The notes below the pieces were generated by a model. That model worked only from the letters and a program-made list of their open reading frames with translations, searched no databases and had not been told where the DNA came from. Below, piece by piece: positions 6,842-12,973 of a stretch of DNA of 20,000 nucleotides (position 1 is its first letter; each line of letters starts with the position of its first letter). The position numbers and the translations under genes were made by a program. Source of the stretch: an uncultured virus (IMG/VR IMGVR_UViG_3300007759_000001) (Duplodnaviria; Heunggongvirae; Uroviricota; Caudoviricetes); IMG/VR virus record IMGVR_UViG_3300007759_000001. One strand, given 5' to 3'.

Positions 6842-6910
6842 AGTATAGCACATGGGTAGGACAGTGTCAAACTGGGCCGAGTTGACAGTGTCACACCAGT
6901 ATGCTAGACT
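6842..6910. promoter_or_regulatory. Divergent sigmaA promoter pair
   Basis: Minus TTGACA(6870-6865)-17-TATACT; plus TTGACA(6882-6887)-17-TAGACT(6905-6910). Confidence 0.9.
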
Positions 6911-6961
6911 CTCTCTTAGTGGCCGACCCGGTCACGTTGACAACTAAATAGGAGACACATC

Positions 6962-7252
6962 ATGGCTCGTAAGACCAATCCGTTCGGGCGCATCGTCCCA
7001 CAAGACGATCCCTACGCCACCTACGTCAATGACGCAGGATGGACTTGGTACGTCGTAAAGACCTACCAGCATCCGGACAACGAGGATGGCTACTCCCGGT
7101 GGTTCTGCTACGTCTCGTCCCCGCACACATTCGGTGGATTCGACTTGGGAGACGTTTACCGGAAGGACGTTCTAGAGAACGCCCGACTGCTGAACGGCAC
7201 CGACGAGTGGATCGTGAACTACTCACGATTCGTTCACGGAGTTACAGTCTGA
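6962..7252 (+). CDS. 96-aa aromatic-rich phage protein (possibly DUF2958-like)
   Basis: Cassette leader and SD; WTWYV…RWFC.VSSP…G.FDLGDVY pattern; terminator 7254-7281; family assignment is tentative. Confidence 0.85.
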   Translation: MARKTNPFGRIVPQDDPYATYVNDAGWTWYVVKTYQHPDNEDGYSRWFCYVSSPHTFGGFDLGDVYRKDVLENARLLNGTDEWIVNYSRFVHGVTV

Positions 7253-7338
7253 GAAGGGGGAGGGCGAAAGCCCTCCCTTTTCCGCGTCCTGAATCAGTCC
7301 CGATCCCCGCTGCTGGCTGCGGGGCTAAACAAGACGCG

Positions 7339-7435
7339 AAAAAAGCGACGAGATCGAAAGGACGTATTCGCCTGTTGCTAGTTCCCTAATCGGGTCGAAT
7401 GGCGCTGATACGCATTGTCTCATCGCTTTCTTCAC
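7339..7435 (-). ncRNA. About 97-nt rod-like small RNA
   Basis: Promoter TTGACA(7469-7464)-17-TATACT(7446-7441); 5' aaagcgatgaga pairs with 3' tctcgtcgcttt followed by U-tract and cgcgtc. Confidence 0.65.
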
Positions 7436-7440
7436 AAGTA

Positions 7441-7509
7441 AGTATAGCATACCAGTGTGACATTGTCAAACTGGGCCGATTAGACGCTGTCACACCTATC
7501 TGCTATACT
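7441..7509. promoter_or_regulatory. Divergent promoter pair
   Basis: Minus promoter is consensus; plus TAGACG / TGTCAC(7488)-N10-TATACT(7504-7509). Confidence 0.85.
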
Positions 7510-7561
7510 TGTATCTAGTGGATGGGACACCATCTGCGTTGACAACTAAATAGGAGACACC

Positions 7562-7876
7562 ATGCTGAACTACAGCAATGTGATCGGATTCGATCTGGGC
7601 TGCCACGTTGATGGCACTCACGGCTGGCGTGCGATTTCGCATCTGGTTCTGAACGTGTTGGACGACTACGCCACGGAATCGCAGAAGCGCATCATGCGTG
7701 CCTACGACCGTGGTTGGACGATTGCCAACATTCCAGACGTAGCGATGGAGATCGTGGACGAAGTGGAAGATGCTTTCCATGAGCATGTTTCATCGTTTGG
7801 AGTGACTTCGATGTGGATGGACGGAGAATGGTTCGTCGTCACGGAAGAAGATGCTCTGGCAGCGTCAGGCTGGTAG
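7562..7876 (+). CDS. 104-aa acidic hypothetical protein
   Basis: Cassette leader and SD; terminator 7889-7917 then cgcgtc. Confidence 0.85.
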   Translation: MLNYSNVIGFDLGCHVDGTHGWRAISHLVLNVLDDYATESQKRIMRAYDRGWTIANIPDVAMEIVDEVEDAFHEHVSSFGVTSMWMDGEWFVVTEEDALAASGW

Positions 7877-8004
7877 GTCGAAGAAATAGGAGCGCCATCC
7901 GAAAGGGTGGCGCTTCTGCGCGTCTGGAGTCAAGTCGATCAGCCCCGACTCCCGCTCCAGTACCGGGGCTAAATGGCTGCCCCCCCGTGAAGGGGGGCGG
8001 TGGA

Positions 8005-8085
8005 CTAACCGGTGAACCGGTCAGAACACACCAACCAAAGCGCCGCGCAAACGGTCACGATGGGCAGTAATGGTAGGAATACCAT
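8005..8085 (-). CDS. 26-aa single-pass membrane micropeptide (MVFLPLLPIVTVCAALWLVCSDRFTG)
   Basis: Promoter TTGACT(8152-8147)-17-TAGAAT(8129-8124), SD AAAGGA, TAG 8007-8005, hairpin 7979-7998. Confidence 0.75.
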   Translation of the reverse strand: MVFLPLLPIVTVCAALWLVCSDRFTG

Positions 8086-8123
8086 CGTTTCCTTTCTGTA
8101 TCCGCTCCTTGCGGAATAAAACT

Positions 8124-8192
8124 ATTCTATTACACGGATGAGACATAGTCAAGTCAGGCCGATTTGACACTGTCACACTAGTCTGCTATACT
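8124..8192. promoter_or_regulatory. Divergent sigmaA promoter pair
   Basis: Minus TTGACT-17-TAGAAT; plus TTGACA(8164-8169)-17-TATACT(8187-8192). Confidence 0.85.
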
Positions 8193-8240
8193 TGTTCTAG
8201 TGGCCGAGGGGCCATTGACAACTACATAAAGGAGCATCCG

Positions 8241-8393
8241 ATGGCAAAGCGCCTACGGAATACCGCTCGCATTCAGTACGAGTGCGAGGGGAACTGCGAC
8301 GGCAACATGATGGGACCATACCCGTGTGTTGTTTGTACGAAGTACGTCGATGGCGTACCGGTCGGGATGGAAATGTTCCCGGCTAGCAAGTAG
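8241..8393 (+). CDS. 50-aa putative Zn-binding protein (MAKRLRNTARIQYECEGNC…CVVC…)
   Basis: SD AAGGAG, TAG 8391-8393, terminator 8397-8423. Confidence 0.85.
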   Translation: MAKRLRNTARIQYECEGNCDGNMMGPYPCVVCTKYVDGVPVGMEMFPASK

Positions 8394-8484
8394 GGAGAAG
8401 GAGGGCTTCGGCCCTCCTTTTTTCGCGCCCCGACACGCCCCGGCCCTCGCACCAACCGGCGGGGCTAAATAAGACCAGACGCGC

Positions 8485-8744
8485 AAAAACCCCCCGCTTC
8501 CGTGTCAGGACTTCTAGTTCGTTTCACGCTTTCGTGCGTGGGGTGGAGGAACTGCGTTGCGGACCCAGCGTTTGGCCTCAAACCCTACAATCGGGCTACT
8601 GTCTCCGTGGCGGACTTTCGTCCTTTCTGTCCCTGTCCCATCGACACTGGCGGTTCTGGTAAAGAACTAGCCTAGTTCCTGTGGAATCGGGGGGTTTCTG
8701 TGGTTTCTAGAAACCCTCGCGTTGGGGTTTTCTCTCCCCAACAA
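8485..8744 (-). ncRNA. About 260-nt structured ncRNA closed by a long-range terminal helix
   Basis: Promoter TTGACA(8778-8773)-17-TATACT(8755-8750); aaaccccccg near the 5' end pairs with cggggggttt at the 3' end, then U-tract and cgcgtc; internal hairpins. Confidence 0.6.
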
Positions 8745-8749
8745 CAATA

Positions 8750-8821
8750 AGTATAGCATACTGGTGCGACATTGTCAAACCGGCCCCCGACTTGGTGACT
8801 GTCATACCGGGGTGCTAGACT
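8750..8821. promoter_or_regulatory. Divergent promoter pair
   Basis: Minus promoter is consensus; plus TGTCAT(8800)-N10-TAGACT(8816-8821). Confidence 0.8.
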
Positions 8822-8871
8822 TGTTCTCAGTGGCCGGAAGGGTCACGTTGACAACTGAATAGGAGACTGTC

Positions 8872-9078
8872 ATGGCGCACAAGCATGACATTGACGACAC
8901 CAACGGCGACGTTATGGATCGGGTCTACTTCTGCGGCGATTACTGCCACCGGAGTTGGTGCCAGAACCAGAACGTGGACTACGCCGGTTGGGACGGCTGC
9001 CACGAACTGGAGTTCGACACCCCCTGCGATTCGTGCGGGGATACGATCCCCGGCGTCGAAGGGCCGTATGTCTACTGA
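8872..9078 (+). CDS. 68-aa acidic Cys-rich putative Zn-binding protein
   Basis: Cassette leader and SD; CGDYC…CDSCG; terminator 9084-9106 then cgcgtc. Confidence 0.85.
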   Translation: MAHKHDIDDTNGDVMDRVYFCGDYCHRSWCQNQNVDYAGWDGCHELEFDTPCDSCGDTIPGVEGPYVY

Positions 9079-9168
9079 GAACTGGGGGGCTTCGGCCCCC
9101 CCTTTTCCGCGTCCCGAATCAGCCCCGAACCCACGCACCAACAGCGGGGCTAAATAAGGCGGGACGCG

Positions 9169-9216
9169 CAAAGCAGTGACGTATCGCTGTGATACAGCAG
9201 GTCCGTTGACCCGATA
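9169..9216 (-). ncRNA. Tiny RNA cassette of about 50 nt
   Basis: Consensus promoter 9250-9222; two small hairpins (gggtc-aacg-gacct; gtatc-acagc-gatac) then ttt-g-cgcgtc; no ORF. Confidence 0.5.
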
Positions 9217-9221
9217 AAGTA

Positions 9222-9290
9222 AGTATAGCACATGGGTGAGACAATGTCAAATCGGGCTGACTTGACAGTGTCACACCCGGCGTGTATACT
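9222..9290. promoter_or_regulatory. Divergent sigmaA promoter pair
   Basis: Minus TTGACA(9250-9245)-17-TATACT; plus TTGACA(9262-9267)-17-TATACT(9285-9290). Confidence 0.9.
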
Positions 9291-9343
9291 TGTGGTTAGT
9301 GGATGGGACAAGCCATCCCTTGACAACAGAATAAGGAGACATC

Positions 9344-9583
9344 ATGACCCGCAAGGATTATGAAGCCTTCGCTACAATCGTAAAGGATCTCAACGAGTTC
9401 CGGTTCGATACGGCGATGGTACTGGTTGCCGCAAAGATGGCAGCCGTGTTCGCAGCCGATAACGAGCGCTTTGACGCTCTGCGGTGGTACAACGCCTGTG
9501 GCGTTGACGGCGAACTGGCCGTGCGACTTCTTCGGATTGAGGAAGGCCACGGCGCAACGGCTCACCACCCGGTGAGCCTGTAA
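9344..9583 (+). CDS. 79-aa small phage protein (MTRKDY…DNERFD…NACG pattern)
   Basis: Cassette leader and SD AAGGAG; hairpin 9595-9618 downstream. Confidence 0.85.
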   Translation: MTRKDYEAFATIVKDLNEFRFDTAMVLVAAKMAAVFAADNERFDALRWYNACGVDGELAVRLLRIEEGHGATAHHPVSL

Positions 9584-9616
9584 GACGCAAGTCGGTGGGG
9601 GGCTACGGCCCCCCAC

Positions 9617-9645
9617 TTGACAAGCAGGCACCGGTATGCTATACT
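9617..9645 (+). promoter_or_regulatory. sigmaA promoter for the mini-tmRNA
   Basis: TTGACA(9617-9622)-17-TATACT(9640-9645). Confidence 0.9.
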
Positions 9646-9658
9646 AGTGCCAAGCACC

Positions 9659-9740
9659 GGGGGTGATCGGTGTAGACGGAAGTGAAAGCCGCATGTCGGA
9701 ACGCTTTCGGACCGGAGTTCGATTCTCCGCACCTCCACGA
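9659..9740 (+). ncRNA. Mini-tmRNA: tRNA-like domain of tmRNA without the mRNA-like domain
   Basis: Acceptor GGGGGUG/CACCUCC with G3:U70 and A73; D-loop analogue AUCGGUGUAGAC; helix GGAAGUG/CGCUUUC; GGAC; T-arm CGGAG-UUCGAUU-CUCCG; terminator 9769-9796. Confidence 0.8.
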
Positions 9741-9850
9741 AGTTGTCAACACGGCAATCGCCGGACAGAACCCCTGACCAATCGGTTGGGGGTTTTGTCG
9801 CGTACCCGTTTAGCCCCGGCCTCCCGAGGCGGGGAAGCCCCGAAAAATAA

Positions 9851-9899
9851 CTAAAAAAAACGGGACGGTCCGAGTTGGTTCTAAAAAAACGGGACGGTC
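9851..9899 (+). repeat. Direct repeat CT(A)nCGGGACGGTC x2
   Basis: Copies at 9851-9870 and 9881-9899; core AACGGGACGG also near 13031, 18318 and 19118. Confidence 0.7.
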
Positions 9900-9963
9900 G
9901 GGGGTTTGGGTCGGATCGGGTGTGGTTGCGGTGTCTATGTAATAAGAAGGCAAATGCGGTGAT

Positions 9964-9977
9964 CGAACACATGTTCT
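9964..9977. promoter_or_regulatory. LexA (SOS) box
   Basis: TCGAAC-ACAT-GTTCTA directly followed by TGTCACACC. Confidence 0.6.
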
Positions 9978-10008
9978 ATGTCACACCGGTAGGGATGGTC
10001 TTGGTGAT

Positions 10009-10137
10009 CTGAGCCAATGCTGCGACTGTGGCGAATGGACGGACATTGAGCCGTGCTACACCATAGACGAAACGCCGGACGGGGCGCTTTGCCCTGAGTG
10101 CGACCCGACGGACCACGACAAGGTCTACCCGGTCTGA
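10009..10137 (+). pseudogene. Zn-finger-like ORF remnant (…QCCDCGEW…LCPECDP…YPV*) with no ATG/GTG start
   Basis: CxxC…CxxC frame ending at TGA 10135-10137 before a UUCG hairpin; no in-frame canonical start after TAA 9943. Confidence 0.4.
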
Positions 10138-10310
10138 TCTGGTGGGACTTCGGTCCCCCCCTGACTAGACCGACTTGACAACTGTCATACCCGTATGCTA
10201 TACTACGGGTCTAACGTAAACGCTCGTTATCTACGGGCACCGAATAAGGGTCGGATCAGACCCCCATTCGGTGTCTTAGGGGTAACGGCTAACATAGGAA
10301 AGAGAAGGAC

Positions 10311-10574
10311 ATGGACAACACTTACCGGAACCTCCGGTTCACGCGTCACGCTATCGACATGGCTATTGCCCGTATCGACGGCGTGGACACACCGGAGCAG
10401 GCAAAGGCTCTGATGCGAAGCGAATACATCGCGTCGAAGATCACCTATGCCTCAAAGCGCCATCCTGAGCAAGACAAGATTCAGGGTGACCACATTTGTA
10501 TGGCCTACGAGCGGGCTGCACACAAGATCGTGACGCTGTTCATCAGCGGGCATGTGAGTGTCACACCCCGGTAG
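10311..10574 (+). CDS. 87-aa protein, possibly DUF4258/RelE-like
   Basis: Promoter TTGACA(10175)-18-TATACT, SD; LRFTRHA…KIVTLF pattern; family assignment is inference. Confidence 0.8.
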   Translation: MDNTYRNLRFTRHAIDMAIARIDGVDTPEQAKALMRSEYIASKITYASKRHPEQDKIQGDHICMAYERAAHKIVTLFISGHVSVTPR

Positions 10575-10692
10575 TAACATACAGGGAGTCGGCAAGGGGG
10601 TCGTGGCAGAACGACTGTCACACCCCCATGCTAGACTATCACTTAGTGGATGGAAAGCCCATCCGCTGATCAGACCCACATAGGAGACTAGC

Positions 10693-11103
10693 GTGGATAC
10701 TACTACCGCCGTAGCGGGCATCGGCACCGCAAGGAAGATGGCAACGGCTATGGCAGCCACCGCCGTCCAGACTGTTGCCCAGCAGGTCGCTGACCTAAAG
10801 GCGATGGTCAAGGAGGCTTCCGACGCCTACCGTGAGGCTGAGAACGCGTTTCTTGCCTTGGGTGAGGACGAGGTTGTTCTGTCGGACGGACGGACTGTTC
10901 AGGTCGTCCATTCGCAGGTGCGAGAGATCGACACCGATGCGATTCAGGCCATCCTCCCGACCGATGTGTTTGATCGGATTGCTAAGACTTCGGTCGTGGC
11001 TACCCGGTTCGACGCGGAGGTCGAAGCAGGACGACTGGACGAGGGTGCTGTCGCCAGCACGATCTCGTTCAAGGACCGCAAGCCAGCGGTCAAGATCGTC
11101 TGA
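10693..11103 (+). CDS. 136-aa hypothetical protein with N-terminal coiled coil
   Basis: TGTCAC(10616)-N10-TAGACT promoter, 5' hairpin, SD AGGAG, GTG start; hairpin after stop. Confidence 0.85.
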   Translation: MDTTTAVAGIGTARKMATAMAATAVQTVAQQVADLKAMVKEASDAYREAENAFLALGEDEVVLSDGRTVQVVHSQVREIDTDAIQAILPTDVFDRIAKTSVVATRFDAEVEAGRLDEGAVASTISFKDRKPAVKIV

Positions 11104-11266
11104 TCCGGTCGGGGAGGGACTTCGGTCCCTCCCCGGCTGTCCGCTTGGTGGGTCGGGGAACAGGACAGGAGCGTTAGCGCGTTCCGGCAGTCCCCGGTCC
11201 ACCATTTGACAAGTATCATACCCGTGTGCTATACTAATAGCATACCAACTAGTAGAAAGACAAGAC

Positions 11267-11560
11267 ATGGACTTTATCAAGGACATTGACATTCACGACT
11301 TCCTCGAAGGATGGGGCGATGAGATTTGCACGGCAGGGTTCGTCATTGACGAACTAGGCCAGATCGTGCTTTACACAGGGGCACGCATCAACAAGGAAAC
11401 TGGAGAGTTTGAGTACGGGAACTTCGGGAACCCCGGTGCTGATCCAGAAGCCTACATTCCCGGCGTGAGCAAGACCGTCTTGGTCTGGCGCGATCACAAC
11501 ATGACCGACGAGCAGGCGGAAGCCATTCAGTCGTTCGTAGAGGTCGAACTGAGCGTTTGA
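11267..11560 (+). CDS. 97-aa acidic protein with DxxGQIVLYT motif
   Basis: Promoter TTGACA(11206)-18-TATACT; motif shared with 13378-13611. Confidence 0.85.
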   Translation: MDFIKDIDIHDFLEGWGDEICTAGFVIDELGQIVLYTGARINKETGEFEYGNFGNPGADPEAYIPGVSKTVLVWRDHNMTDEQAEAIQSFVEVELSV

Positions 11561-11614
11561 TTTGATGGCGGGGGGGCGTTTCTTGTCCTTTCTCCCCCCC
11601 GCCGTCATCCACTT

Positions 11615-11723
11615 GGGGTAGCCCATAGGGTTAGAGTTATCTCGCTGGCAACAGCGAGTGTTTACGACACGCAAACTGAGCAGTTTCGACTTACTCAGGC
11701 ATCGTGGTCCTATGGGTTGCCCC
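11615..11723 (+). ncRNA. Intergenic multi-way junction RNA element
   Basis: 15-bp closing helix 11615-11629/11709-11723 enclosing three hairpins with GCAA, UACG-type and UUCG loops. Confidence 0.6.
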
Positions 11724-11749
11724 CCTTTACAACTAACAAGGAGACAACA

Positions 11750-12100
11750 ATGAGCATTCACCAAGCCAATCTGATCTTGGAAGCGCAGGCGAGAGCCGAA
11801 GCGCGTGAAAAAGATTGGAAAAGGCAAGACGAACTCGCCAACCAACGGCGTCGTAACTACAATCGTGAGTATCTTGGATGCGCGGACTTCTGTCCTGTAT
11901 GCAAGGCTGACGACATTACCGCGGACGACGAAAGTTTCGACGGCCCCAGCGGTTGCTACACGGTTCATTGTAATGTGTGCGAGTCCACATGGCTGGACTT
12001 CTACACGTTGCAGGGCTACGAGATCACGAAGGACAACTACGATCCTGAGGACGTAATGTCCCCGGCGTTCAGTCCGGTTCGTGGAAGGGAAGCCCGATGA
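11750..12100 (+). CDS. 116-aa Zn-ribbon protein (CPVC…CNVC)
   Basis: SD AAGGAG before ATG 11750. Confidence 0.85.
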   Translation: MSIHQANLILEAQARAEAREKDWKRQDELANQRRRNYNREYLGCADFCPVCKADDITADDESFDGPSGCYTVHCNVCESTWLDFYTLQGYEITKDNYDPEDVMSPAFSPVRGREAR

Positions 12101-12363
12101 GCATTATCTACACAGAAACCAAGTCCGCAACCGACAGTCGAATGGACATTGACCTTGGCGATGGCCGGAACATGACGGTCACCATCACCGGGGAAGGTAT
12201 TATCTTCGACGTATTTGGACTTCGGGTAGTTCAGGTAGACGGAATGGTCTACGACGATCTTCACCTTGGAACGGTGGGCATGACCTACGAGGAATGGGGA
12301 GACTGGGTAAGCGAGTCTCACATCCCGATGCCGGATAGCAAGATCGACCCGGCGAAGCGGTAA
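12097..12363 (+). CDS. 88-aa hypothetical protein
   Basis: ATGA overlap with the previous gene; hairpin after stop. Confidence 0.8.
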   Translation: MSIIYTETKSATDSRMDIDLGDGRNMTVTITGEGIIFDVFGLRVVQVDGMVYDDLHLGTVGMTYEEWGDWVSESHIPMPDSKIDPAKR

Positions 12364-12413
12364 CGGACGGGGGGCTTGCGCCCCCCGCTTCCGCTTGCTA
12401 CAATAGGTAGCAG

Positions 12414-12620
12414 ATGGAGTTCGACGCCGAAGAAACCAAGCAACTCTGGCACAGCCCCGCTGATGAAATCTTCAACGGCGAACTGGGTTGTTACCAAAAG
12501 CATCGGGACGTTCTGACCATCCTATGTGAAAGCCAAGGATTCGTGGACACTCTGAAGTACGACACACCTGAAGAAATGGATCAGGTCTGGGAACTTCTTG
12601 TTCTTTCTGCGGACGTGTAA
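12414..12620 (+). CDS. 68-aa acidic hypothetical protein
   Basis: Weak SD (AGGT), co-directional packing. Confidence 0.7.
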   Translation: MEFDAEETKQLWHSPADEIFNGELGCYQKHRDVLTILCESQGFVDTLKYDTPEEMDQVWELLVLSADV

Positions 12621-12632
12621 AGGAGAGGCGAG

Positions 12633-12890
12633 ATGCCAACGGTAGAAGATTTGATTGACGAGTATGTGGGAAAGAAGGCCGAATACGAAACAACCGATGG
12701 TTTGACTATTGAGATCACGGTTGTAAATGTAAAGACGCACTTCGGTCGGATAGATCTTTGTGTAACTCCGGTTCATGGTAAAGGTGAACGGTGGGTTACT
12801 TCAGGCAAACTTGATTTCGGTGGAGTTTCTTCCAATGGAAGCCTGCCGCCGGAGACAACTCCCGCTGCAAAAAACGACGAAATCTGGTAA
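12633..12890 (+). CDS. 85-aa small beta-barrel-like hypothetical protein
   Basis: SD AAGGAG; VKTHFGRIDLCVTP…G.GERWV pattern. Confidence 0.8.
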   Translation: MPTVEDLIDEYVGKKAEYETTDGLTIEITVVNVKTHFGRIDLCVTPVHGKGERWVTSGKLDFGGVSSNGSLPPETTPAAKNDEIW

Positions 12891-12973
12891 GCGGTAAAGA
12901 GTAAGGCTTCAGATTACCGTATACCGAAAGCCTTCTCCGGTGTAGCCCCGCCCCGTGTTAGAACTACGGGGCT

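Larger units (their letters stand above)
227..12973. repeat. Dispersed 30-31 bp inverted site AGYCCCG-N16/17-CGGGRCT (12 copies)
   Basis: Copies at 227-257, 1037-1067, 1683-1713, 2321-2351, 2643-2673, 5940-5970, 6593-6622, 7296-7326, 7941-7970, 8436-8466, 9121-9151, 12944-12973; spacer 17 in nine copies, 16 in three; spacer sequence not conserved. Confidence 0.85.

Noticed and set aside
8485..8744. Hammerhead ribozyme
   Set aside because: GAAA/GAAAC elements are present but I found no CUGANGA core
9344..9583. T7 gp1.2-like dGTPase inhibitor
   Set aside because: Only a short TRKD resemblance; not enough to assign function
9659..9740. Canonical tRNA-Ala or full-length tmRNA
   Set aside because: No D-stem or 7-nt anticodon loop, and no room for pseudoknots or a tag ORF
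185..9810. CRISPR array
   Set aside because: Repeats are degenerate, alternate in orientation and are hundreds of bp apart; no constant repeat-spacer period and no cas genes
185..9810. Integron with attC cassettes
   Set aside because: No RYYYAAC/GTTRRRY-bounded attC pattern, cassettes carry their own promoters in both orientations, and no integrase is in the window
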